Positions 18,529 to 26,243 of a stretch of DNA of 32,000 bases are shown one piece after another. How positions within the stretch are numbered: the stretch's first letter is position 1; each line of letters begins with the position of its first letter. The translations under genes and the position numbers were made by a program. This stretch comes from Candidatus Hadarchaeales archaeon (lineage in GTDB: Archaea > Hadarchaeota > Hadarchaeia > Hadarchaeales > Hadarchaeaceae), in the NCBI GenBank assembly GCA_038823825.1, contig JAWBCC010000002.1, positions 218,630-250,629 on the forward strand, given 5' to 3'. The notes beneath the pieces are model-generated. The model was not told where the DNA came from. It saw nothing but the letters and a program-made list of their open reading frames with translations, and searched no databases.

Positions 18529-19342
18529 TTCTCTGCCCCTCCGGCCCCTTGACGAACTCTATGAACTCTTTAGCGAGCCCAGATGGCTCTCCAATAGTGT
18601 ACATGTAAAGAGCTCTCGAAATCGGATACGTTCCATTTAAGATGTTTTGTTTTGTTGGAAGAACTCCGTTTACTGCAAGTGCTTTAACACCGCTGATATA
18701 ACTGATGCCGACATAACCAATTGCATTTGGGTTTGTTGAAACAATTTGTCGCATTTCTCCGCTCGACATTGTTGTTAGTACAGAAGAGGACATGTTCTCT
18801 CCTCTCATCACCAGTTCATGGAATGATTCGTACGTTCCGGAGGTAGTTTCTCTGGTATACACAGCGATCGTAAGATTCGGTCCACCTACTTCCGACCAAT
18901 TCCTTATTTCTCCAGTGTATATCTTCTTTATCTGCTCCAAGGTCAGGCTGTTCACAGGATTGCTCGGATGGACTATCACCGCTAGGGCGTCTAGCGCGAT
19001 TTTATGCTCGACCAGTCGTCCTCCAGCTCTCTCATTTTCTATGTTCTTTGCGCGTCTTGAAGACGTGGCTATATCGCATCTACCCTCTATTAGGGATGTT
19101 ATGCCGACACCGGAGCCGCCACCCGAAACATTAATAGTGTCGTACGGGTGAGCGTTCATCCATCTTTCCGCAGCAAGCTGTGTTATCGGTAAAACGGTGG
19201 TGGAGCCAGCGATGTTTATCGATCTTGGTTGAATGTTTGAACCATTTTCGCCTACTTCGTTCGTTCTTATGCCTACTAGAAAGACCGTAACCAGCACAAT
19301 ACCCAGGGCCACCGAGGCCACAACTACTGTCGTAACTTTCAT
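18494..19342 (-). CDS. pstS: Phosphate-binding protein; start reassigned to the ATG at 19342
   Basis: MKVTTVVVASVALGIVLVTVFLVG signal/TM, INIAGSTTVLPITQLAAERWM, NVSGGGSGVGITSLIEGRCDIATSSR. Confidence 0.93.
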   Translation of the reverse strand: MKVTTVVVASVALGIVLVTVFLVGIRTNEVGENGSNIQPRSINIAGSTTVLPITQLAAERWMNAHPYDTINVSGGGSGVGITSLIEGRCDIATSSRRAKNIENERAGGRLVEHKIALDALAVIVHPSNPVNSLTLEQIKKIYTGEIRNWSEVGGPNLTIAVYTRETTSGTYESFHELVMRGENMSSSVLTTMSSGEMRQIVSTNPNAIGYVGISYISGVKALAVNGVLPTKQNILNGTYPISRALYMYTIGEPSGLAKEFIEFVKGPEGQRIVEEKGFVSLT

Positions 19343-19393
19343 TTTATCCCCAAGTAACGAAAAAGCGCTTCTTTTATATAGATTGTCCAAATA

Positions 19394-19402
19394 TTTTATA
19401 TA
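19394..19402 (+). promoter_or_regulatory. TATA box of the PhoU-like gene, consistent with leaderless transcription; an oppositely oriented TATA for pstS lies at ~19371..19380
   Basis: TTTTATATA centred about 29 nt before ATG 19427. TTTTATATA also occurs at the pstS side. Confidence 0.55.
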
Positions 19403-19426
19403 CCTGTAAATTAAGTATATAGATCG

Positions 19427-20467
19427 ATGGCAGAGAGAAAAGAGGAAAGCAGGAGAATCCAGTTAACCGGAAAGTCCACTTACATCGTTTCTCTTCCGAA
19501 GTGGTGGGCCTCTGAAATGAAACTCAAACCAGGGGATATCATTAACATGATCGTTCAAGATGATTCCCTGTTGCTGACTGTAAGAAAGTCAGCCGTGGAA
19601 CACGAAAGAGAGAGAGAAGCCACCCTGAAGGTTTTACCCGATGAAAATCCAGACAAGATCATTAGAAAAATAGTTTCGCTCTATCTTGTTGGCTATAACA
19701 CAATCAGGATAATATCTGAGAAGGAAAGGATATCAAATCTGCAGAGCGAATTAATAAAGAATTTTGTGAGAACCAAGCTAATCGGGACAGAGGTGATTAT
19801 GGACCTCCCCACCGAGATAGTGGTTAAGGTGATACTCAGCTATCCGGAATTATCGATAAGAGACGCTGTTAGGAGGATGACGCTAATCACAAAGTCGATG
19901 ATCGAAGACTCGATAGAAGCCTTGAACAAAAAAGACCACGAGCTGGCCAGAAGCGTGATAGTCAGAGATGATGATGTGGACAGATTTAGTATGTATATAA
20001 TAAGGCAGCTGAAATCTGCCGTAGGAGATCGCAGAATAATGCGCGATGTTGGGATTGAAAGCGCGCGCGATTGTTTAGGATATCGACTGATCGTCAAAAG
20101 TGTGGAGAGAATTGCGGATCATGCTTCCACGATTTCCAAGAATGTGATTAAACTGCGAGGCGCAATCGATCATTCGGTTGTCGAGAAGCTTTCAGAAATG
20201 AAAGACCTAGTGGTGAGAGCATTTGAGAAAACAATCGAGTCACTTTTCAAAGAAGACCCAGAGTTATCCGAGGAGGTCATCGGGATGAAAGAGCTCGTCG
20301 TAAAATCCGAGAATCAAATAGACGAGATGATCATGAAAAAACCAGCGCGCACGGACGCGATAGTTATCAGCCTGATCGTCGAAAGTCTGCGTAGAATGTA
20401 CGAGTACAGCTGTGACATAGCAGAAGTAGTCTTGAATTTAACGTTAGAGAAGCAACAGGCGGTCTGA
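19427..20467 (+). CDS. AbrB-like N-terminal domain plus PhoU-like domains: phosphate uptake regulator
   Basis: RRIQLTGKSTYIVSLPKWWASEMKLKPGDIINMIVQDDSLLLTV, then helical PhoU-like repeats (MKDLVVRAFEKTIESLFKEDPELSEEVI). Confidence 0.88.
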   Translation: MAERKEESRRIQLTGKSTYIVSLPKWWASEMKLKPGDIINMIVQDDSLLLTVRKSAVEHEREREATLKVLPDENPDKIIRKIVSLYLVGYNTIRIISEKERISNLQSELIKNFVRTKLIGTEVIMDLPTEIVVKVILSYPELSIRDAVRRMTLITKSMIEDSIEALNKKDHELARSVIVRDDDVDRFSMYIIRQLKSAVGDRRIMRDVGIESARDCLGYRLIVKSVERIADHASTISKNVIKLRGAIDHSVVEKLSEMKDLVVRAFEKTIESLFKEDPELSEEVIGMKELVVKSENQIDEMIMKKPARTDAIVISLIVESLRRMYEYSCDIAEVVLNLTLEKQQAV

Positions 20468-20472
20468 ATCTA

Positions 20473-20856
20473 TTATTCCTTCGCTCGCTCAGGTGGAGAA
20501 GTAAAGCTCAGGACACCCTGCTTAGGCTCGTAAATATTTCCGGCTTCTTTCTCACTCTTCAGAATTTCCTGAACTTCTTCTTTGCTCAGACCTACCTTTT
20601 CCGCTATTTCCAAGATTTCAGAAACTTCGACCATCCCGGTTGGATCTTTGCTTGCCAGAGCTCTCATAGCCCTCCTTATAAAGTCTACTTTTGCCTCATG
20701 TCCGCGTAGAATGAGAGGTATTTCCCTCTTCTTCGCAGGGGAGGCACTTTCCACAGAGACGTAAGTTCCCACATCTATCTCGAGCGTGAAGGTCTTTCCG
20801 CAAAGCGGACAGGTCACCTGAACTCTATGCCTCATACATTCACCCTTTGGAGCCAC
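20473..20856 (-). CDS. Small zinc-finger plus helix-turn-helix-like protein of unknown function
   Basis: VTCPLCGKTFTLEIDVGTYVSVES...MVEVSEILEIAEKVGLSKEEVQEILKSEKEAGNIYEPKQGVLSF. Confidence 0.55.
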   Translation of the reverse strand: MAPKGECMRHRVQVTCPLCGKTFTLEIDVGTYVSVESASPAKKREIPLILRGHEAKVDFIRRAMRALASKDPTGMVEVSEILEIAEKVGLSKEEVQEILKSEKEAGNIYEPKQGVLSFTSPPERAKE

Positions 20857-20906
20857 TCCGTATATGAACTTTTTCTTATTAGTTTGGACAAGTTAAGAAG
20901 ATAAGT

Positions 20907-21404
20907 GTGAGATTCGCTGTCGACGGCATGCTCGGAAAATTAGCCAGGTGGCTTCGAATAGCCGGGCACGACACGATTTATGCTAGAGATCTGAAGGTTG
21001 AGCCTGATAAGGAGGACGAAACCCTTCTCCAGTTGGTCGCAAGACAGAGGAGGGTTCTTCTTACAGCTGATAAAAACCTTTACACAAGAGCACTGGGTTT
21101 TGGTTTGAAAACAGTTCTCATAACGAAAAAAGACGTGGTTGATCAACTACTGGAGATATCAAAGGCGCTCGGTAGACGCGTGAAGTTGGATTTTGAAAAG
21201 TCTCGCTGCCCAGTTTGCAATGGCACCTTGATTCAGGTAGATCTATCGGAAGTCTCTGAGGATCTGAGGAAGAAGAACAAAGATTTTTGGAAATGCTTAT
21301 CTTGCGGAAAAGTCTACTGGGAAGGAAAACACTGGAGAAGTATAATAAAGACCGCTGAGAGGTATGAACGTGAGGTCGGAAAATCTCTCCCTAGAAGAAG
21401 GTAA
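20907..21404 (+). CDS. Mut7-C (PIN-like) RNase domain protein with zinc ribbon
   Basis: MRFAVDGMLGKLARWLRIAGHDTIYARD...RVLLTADKNLYTRAL...SRCPVCNGTL...FWKCLSCGKVYWEGKHW. Confidence 0.9.
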   Translation: MRFAVDGMLGKLARWLRIAGHDTIYARDLKVEPDKEDETLLQLVARQRRVLLTADKNLYTRALGFGLKTVLITKKDVVDQLLEISKALGRRVKLDFEKSRCPVCNGTLIQVDLSEVSEDLRKKNKDFWKCLSCGKVYWEGKHWRSIIKTAERYEREVGKSLPRRR

Positions 21405-21978
21405 AATTTTGGTAAAAACAGCAAGGACGGTGATAGAAGAATACGTCAAGTACGGTAGAATCCCTCCCAAGCCTCAAGTCCCGGAAAGTCTTAAGCAACC
21501 CCGGGGAGTTTTTGTGACTCTCGAGAAGAGGGGAGAACTCAGAGGATGCATAGGTTATCCTTTCCCTTCGATGCCTCTGATAGATGCTCTTGTGGACGCG
21601 GCAATCAGTTCTGCTACGAGAGACCCCCGTTTTGAACCGGTCGGTCCTGAGGAGCTCGATGAGATAGAGATAGAGGTGAGTGTGCTCTCAAAACCCGAGG
21701 AAATTCGCGTGAAACATCCTAGAGAATATCTCGAAAAGATAGAAATCGGACGTGATGGTCTCATAGTTCAATATGGTGGATACTCGGGTCTCTTGCTCCC
21801 TCAAGTTCCGGTCGAATGGGGATGGGATGTCGAAGAATTCCTCTGTCAGACGTGCATGAAAGCTGGCCTTCCTCCAGACTATTGGCTGAAGAAGGATGTC
21901 AAGATAATGAAGTTTACGGCTCAGATATTTCGCGAAAGGTCTCCGGGCGGGGAAGTCGAGGAGAGGAGACTCATCTAG
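21364..21978 (+). CDS. AMMECR1 domain protein
   Basis: GVFVTLEKRGELRGCIGYPFPSMPLIDALVDAAISSATRDPRFEPV...LPQVPVEWGWDVEEFLCQTCMKAGLPPDYW. Confidence 0.93.
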   Translation: MNVRSENLSLEEGKILVKTARTVIEEYVKYGRIPPKPQVPESLKQPRGVFVTLEKRGELRGCIGYPFPSMPLIDALVDAAISSATRDPRFEPVGPEELDEIEIEVSVLSKPEEIRVKHPREYLEKIEIGRDGLIVQYGGYSGLLLPQVPVEWGWDVEEFLCQTCMKAGLPPDYWLKKDVKIMKFTAQIFRERSPGGEVEERRLI

Positions 21979-22519
21979 TCTCTTCTTTCTTCTCCTTTCC
22001 AAGCAAAAGAGAAAGAAGGGTTTTTTCATCAACTTCCGCTCTTGTCCTCCAGCCCAAGTAAAGAACCCCCTTTTCGTCCTCCTGTAGATATCCCATCCTT
22101 ATGAATCTGTCGATGGCGCTCTCTACTCTCCACTTTGGGAATTTCTCCTCCAGGATCTTCTCGATTTCCTTGCCTGCCACCTTTCCCCCCCTTGCGAGAA
22201 TTGTGGCGAGCGTCATCGTCAAAATTGCCATGTCATCTATTCTCCATCCAAACGTTCTCACCTCTGAGAACTCCGGGTGTCCTCTGAAAGTTACAACAAA
22301 CCTATCAGACTCAGAGTCTCCCTCTTTAACGACCTTCACGGTTAGCCCGAGCTTCTCGAGCTCAGCGTCCAAAGCTTTTATCACATCCTCATAGTTTCTT
22401 CCCAAGGCTCTCCTCAATTCCCATCTTCTCGCCCCAGGTTCTCTGTGATGCTTGAAGAGAAGAAGCTGTGCGGCTCTAGAGAGTTTCTGCCTGATTTCGA
22501 CTTCATCCTTTTCTGGCAT
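21971..22519 (-). CDS. Tandem winged-helix (kite) protein resembling Nse3/MAGE; putative SMC-kleisin partner
   Basis: SRAAQLLLFKHHREPGARRWELRRAL...KALDAELEKLGLTVKVV...DDMAILTMTLATILARGGKVAGKEIEKIL...IDRFIRMGYLQEDEKGVLYLGWRTRAEVD. Confidence 0.5.
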   Translation of the reverse strand: MPEKDEVEIRQKLSRAAQLLLFKHHREPGARRWELRRALGRNYEDVIKALDAELEKLGLTVKVVKEGDSESDRFVVTFRGHPEFSEVRTFGWRIDDMAILTMTLATILARGGKVAGKEIEKILEEKFPKWRVESAIDRFIRMGYLQEDEKGVLYLGWRTRAEVDEKTLLSLLLGKEKKEETR

Positions 22520-23288
22520 GCTTCCTCCACTCCTCGTAAGTTATTGGTATGACGAGAGTTCTCGGCTCAGCTTCTTGAGCGGGTTTGCTTCTCGGTCTGA
22601 TTATTATATCTTCTTCAAGAGGCCTGACTTCGACATCAACGTAGCCATAAGAAATCAGAAAACTCATGATCCAGGAACGTCTCACGGTTTCCTCAAAAGT
22701 TTTTGCGCATACCCACTTCCAGTAAGAGATTCCCCTTTTCCCCACATTTTGCAACATTTTTTTCCACTCTTCTTCAAGGATTCTGCTGAATTCTTCTTCC
22801 GAGAGGATTCCCATCTCTCGCAGTTCTTCCTCTGTTATCCTACCGGTCTGAAGCTCCATTCCGCCGAGTTCAGCTCCTCTTTCGCTGAGGGGCGGCAGCT
22901 CCGTCCAATAATCTAGACCGGTTCGCAGCGCCGATGGGGAAATGGATTCCATCTCCAAGATTGGATGCCAGCATTTCGTGAAAATTTCCGCAAGTTCCGC
23001 AGGCTCCATCACTTGCATCTTGAGTGTTATGAGGAGAGGGTCCAAGTAAAGCACAGAAGACCTGTGTTTGAGCCACTCGCTTTGGTGAAGTATGACATCC
23101 GCGAGTCCGGAAACTGCCCGCATGTCCAGGTAAAGCTCTTCGAGCTTCTTCAACTCCGGGAAAAGTTCACGCAGTTTTTCGAGAAGCTCTTTGACCTGCA
23201 CGTCAAACGGATCCAGACCTCTTGATCTAACACTCTCGCATAGGTCGATTATCCTCTCGATTATTTCTCTTTTTTCCTTCACTTTCAT
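22503..23288 (-). CDS. Putative kleisin, with Nse4-like C-terminal region
   Basis: N-terminal LDPFDVQVKELLEKLRELFPELKKLEELYLDMRAVSGLADVILHQSEWLKHRSSVLY is kleisin-like. C-terminal WVCAKTFEETVRRSWIMSFLISYGYVDVEVRPLEEDIIIRP resembles Nse4 C. Overlaps the SMC gene by 4 nt. Confidence 0.5.
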   Translation of the reverse strand: MKVKEKREIIERIIDLCESVRSRGLDPFDVQVKELLEKLRELFPELKKLEELYLDMRAVSGLADVILHQSEWLKHRSSVLYLDPLLITLKMQVMEPAELAEIFTKCWHPILEMESISPSALRTGLDYWTELPPLSERGAELGGMELQTGRITEEELREMGILSEEEFSRILEEEWKKMLQNVGKRGISYWKWVCAKTFEETVRRSWIMSFLISYGYVDVEVRPLEEDIIIRPRSKPAQEAEPRTLVIPITYEEWRKHARKG

Positions 23289-25177
23289 CCGACTACCTCC
23301 ACTCTGGATACCCCGCCGATTTTCTGCACAGTTATGACGTTTTGGATTCCCTCGACGTTCGTTATCTGTCCTGGCGTGATCAAAACGTACTGCGCTTCTT
23401 CATCTCTAGTGACTTCAATGAGGCCACGGAGGAGCTCCTCCCTATTTTTGGGATCTAGATGGGCTTCGAACTCGTCTATTGCGCGGAATGGCGATTTTAT
23501 CTTTCTCTGGAGGGCGAGCAGGAAGCACATGATCGCAGAGGTTCTTTCACCCCCGCTGTGAACTTGTGCGTCCAGCAGCGTCGGTTCCATTCCCCTAAAC
23601 CCGACGGATATCTCAAGCCCAGCCCTCTCGATATCTTCTGGATTGGAAATGAAAAGATCTCCGGTTCCTCCGACCCTCTCCAAGAATCTTAAGTAATCTT
23701 TTCTGATTTCATCCAGAAGTCCTTCAATCTCTTTTTTCCACCTCTCTTTTCTCAGTTCTAACTCTTCCAAGGCTTTTCTTCTGTTTTCTTCAGCGATCGT
23801 TGCCTTCTCCTCAAGATCCTTCACTGTCTGCTGGTAGCTCATGAACATCTTTTCCACGTCGGGTGAGATGTCAGCATAAACGGCGAGCTGTGTGTTAACA
23901 GCTCTAAGCTCGTCAAAGACATCCTGGGGTTTTCGTCCGCTCTTTATTCTTTTTCCAACCTTTTCAGCCTCTGCGATGAGCTCCTCCAGCTCTCTCCTGG
24001 TTCTCCTGGCCGAGCTTTTCAACTCTGAGAGTTTTTCGGCTAGGATGCTCTTTTTTAGGTCGGAGACAGCCAACTTGATTTTAATCTGCGTCCCCTGATC
24101 CCTAGTTTCTCTGATTTTCCTCTTTATTTCAGCGATCTTTTCCTTCAGCCTCTCGATTTCTACCGCTTCCCTACCAATTTTGAGTTCCTTTTCGATTTTT
24201 CTAAGCTCAGTCTTATCAGAAATCAGCCTGCCGAGTTTTTCCAGAACCTCCAATCTACCTTCGGCTCTAGCCTGAATTCTTTCACACTCGATTAGCCTGT
24301 TGTAACTCGCCTCGAAATCGAGCTCAAGCTTCTCGAGCAATCTGTCACAGGCATCATCCTCCTTTACCAGTTTCTCCATCTCTCTCGAGATCTCTGCTAG
24401 CTCCGATTCCTTTTCAGAAATTTCCGTTTCGAGTGACTGTAAGGCTTCCTCTTGCTTTTCGACCTTCGCCCAGGCGTATTCGAGCTCCAGTTCCTTTTTC
24501 CTCCTTTCAAGCTCGATTTTTCTTTTGAATCTTTCATACTCCTTCTCCCAATAGCGCAGGGTTTCTCTGGCCTTCTCAAGCATCGCTGTGATCGACTGTT
24601 CTTCGCTCAGAACGTGTGAGAGTTTTTCTCTTGCCTCGATAATTCTTTCCCTGTATTCCCTGAGACCGACAGCTTCCTCGACCATTCGAAGTCTCTCGGT
24701 TGGGTCTACAGCACCGAAAACGTTTATCATGTTTTGATGCATTATGATGAGCATATTCTCTGGATTTATGGAAAGTCTTTCGAGGAGGCGGAGGACCTCC
24801 CCTTTGCTGACCATTCTGTTGTTTATCTCGTGCCAGTAGTTTCCATCCCTGCTCAGGTAACGGGATAAAACCACCGTATCGGCAGGTATGCTCGGAATCG
24901 GCCGTTTCCCATCTTGTGGGCTATTGTTGAAAACTATGCTCACCCGTCCGAGTTTCTCACCTCTCCTTATCAAGTCTCCAAGTCTTCTTGACCGTTCCGT
25001 GTATGTCTGCCCCAGCGCAACAGATATTCCTAAGAGAATGGAGGACTTGCCGGCTCCGTTTGGCCCGCAGATGAGGTTGAGCCCCGGCTTCAGCGGGACC
25101 CTTGTGTACACGTGGCTCATGAAGTTCTCCAGGATGACTTCTTTTATTATCGAATTTTCTGCCATAGAGTTCCCCAC
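23285..25177 (-). CDS. Short SMC-family ATPase with Smc5/6-like head motifs (GTG 25177 or more likely ATG 25165 start)
   Basis: Walker A GPNGAGKSS, EINNRMVSKGEVLRLLERLSINPENM, long coiled coils, signature HSGGERTSAIMCFLLALQ, Walker B PFRAIDEFEAHLDPKNRE, and AQYVLITPGQITNV. Confidence 0.88.
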   Translation of the reverse strand: MGNSMAENSIIKEVILENFMSHVYTRVPLKPGLNLICGPNGAGKSSILLGISVALGQTYTERSRRLGDLIRRGEKLGRVSIVFNNSPQDGKRPIPSIPADTVVLSRYLSRDGNYWHEINNRMVSKGEVLRLLERLSINPENMLIIMHQNMINVFGAVDPTERLRMVEEAVGLREYRERIIEAREKLSHVLSEEQSITAMLEKARETLRYWEKEYERFKRKIELERRKKELELEYAWAKVEKQEEALQSLETEISEKESELAEISREMEKLVKEDDACDRLLEKLELDFEASYNRLIECERIQARAEGRLEVLEKLGRLISDKTELRKIEKELKIGREAVEIERLKEKIAEIKRKIRETRDQGTQIKIKLAVSDLKKSILAEKLSELKSSARRTRRELEELIAEAEKVGKRIKSGRKPQDVFDELRAVNTQLAVYADISPDVEKMFMSYQQTVKDLEEKATIAEENRRKALEELELRKERWKKEIEGLLDEIRKDYLRFLERVGGTGDLFISNPEDIERAGLEISVGFRGMEPTLLDAQVHSGGERTSAIMCFLLALQRKIKSPFRAIDEFEAHLDPKNREELLRGLIEVTRDEEAQYVLITPGQITNVEGIQNVITVQKIGGVSRVEVVG

Positions 25178-25195
25178 TCTTAGACTCTACGCCAA

Positions 25196-25203
25196 CTTTA
25201 AAG
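25196..25203. promoter_or_regulatory. Palindromic CTTTAAAG, candidate shared TATA element of the divergent SMC operon and 25237 gene
   Basis: Centre lies about 35 nt from ATG 25165 (minus strand) and about 38 nt from ATG 25237 (plus strand). Confidence 0.35.
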
Positions 25204-25236
25204 AGCAAGCGACGCAAAAAATCTTAAGGTGCAAAG

Positions 25237-25956
25237 ATGGTCTTGGTAGCCAAGATATTTGACGTGATAGGGAGAGGAGATCTTTCAACCTTTGCCCAGA
25301 AGTTGAAGAATTTCAGTGAGGAAATGCCATATCAAGGAAGCAAGGGTGAGCACGTTTTGACGACCGAAATCGTTGATCTGAAGCTTGAAGGTGATGCTCT
25401 TTCAGGTATTTTCAGTAAAGATTTTGTTCTCACGAGATATTACAAGCGCGGACTCGTTGAGACGCCGGTCACGGAGGAAGTTCCGTTCTGGTTCAAGAAA
25501 TATAAAGGGAGGACGTTCTTAACCGTCTTGGCTCCCTCGAAAGCCCGAGGGGTCAAGAAACTCCTAACAAACTATGTGGCGAACAAGCTCAGCGAAATTC
25601 TCTTCATAAGAGCGGGCGGAGTAGTGGAGGCAAGAATTCCACATGAGACTCTGAGAAAACTTCACGAATCGAATCCTCAGGCAACGAAGTTGATATGGTT
25701 TGACAATGTCGACTATCCTGGGGTCGGAAAGTTAGCCTTGGCTGGTTCCGGTTTGGCGGACACAAAGCTGTATCGGGAATATCTTCAGCACGGAAAGATA
25801 TGGTATGTGGTTTTTGAAACAAAGGAGGGACTCGTCGTTGGGATCACCAGGAACTGTGTTGTCACGCTTTTCAGCCGCTCCGAGCTTAAGGATTTCATTT
25901 CTTATATCTTCAACGGGATTCTCCCTCTGATTTCCGGAAGAGAGGAAGCGGAATAG
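25237..25956 (+). CDS. Conserved-looking protein of unknown function, divergent from the SMC-like operon
   Basis: 239-aa ORF with normal composition, start ATG after AAGGTGCAAAG, and no overlapping credible ORF. Confidence 0.75.
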   Translation: MVLVAKIFDVIGRGDLSTFAQKLKNFSEEMPYQGSKGEHVLTTEIVDLKLEGDALSGIFSKDFVLTRYYKRGLVETPVTEEVPFWFKKYKGRTFLTVLAPSKARGVKKLLTNYVANKLSEILFIRAGGVVEARIPHETLRKLHESNPQATKLIWFDNVDYPGVGKLALAGSGLADTKLYREYLQHGKIWYVVFETKEGLVVGITRNCVVTLFSRSELKDFISYIFNGILPLISGREEAE

Positions 25957-26002
25957 TTGTAGTTTTATGCCAGAAATCTACAAGTAATCTCGGAGGGAGT
26001 GC

Positions 26003-26239
26003 TTGATAATAATAGAAATCCTTGGAACTGGGGATGCAAAATGCAGAAGGGTGGAGGACAATTGCAGAAAGGCTCTCGAAGAACTCGGGGTGAAAGGTAA
26101 GGTCGTACCGGTGTATGATGTGGATGAGATGGTTAAGAGAAAGATAACCACTTCGCCAGCTGTTCTGATAAACGGAAAGCTAGTTTCAAGCGGATCGGTA
26201 CCAAGCATACAAGAGATAAAATCTTGGTTGCGGAAATAA
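26003..26239 (+). CDS. Thioredoxin/glutaredoxin-fold small protein, 'redox-active disulfide protein 2'-like, lacking the first active-site Cys
   Basis: MIIIEILGTGDAKCRRVEDNCRKALEELG...TTSPAVLINGKLVSSGSVPSIQEIKSWL. TTG start preceded by a strong ribosome-binding sequence (GGAGGGAGTGC). Confidence 0.8.
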   Translation: MIIIEILGTGDAKCRRVEDNCRKALEELGVKGKVVPVYDVDEMVKRKITTSPAVLINGKLVSSGSVPSIQEIKSWLRK

Positions 26240-26243
26240 TCCC

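Noticed and set aside
21971-25177. Interpretation as Rad50/Mre11, Wadjet/Lamassu-type defence or a mobile island
   Set aside because: No zinc hook, Mre11 nuclease, TOPRIM/nuclease effector, integrase or composition shift was recognised. The surrounding genes look chromosomal, and Smc5/6-type similarity fits the motifs better. A profile search is still needed.
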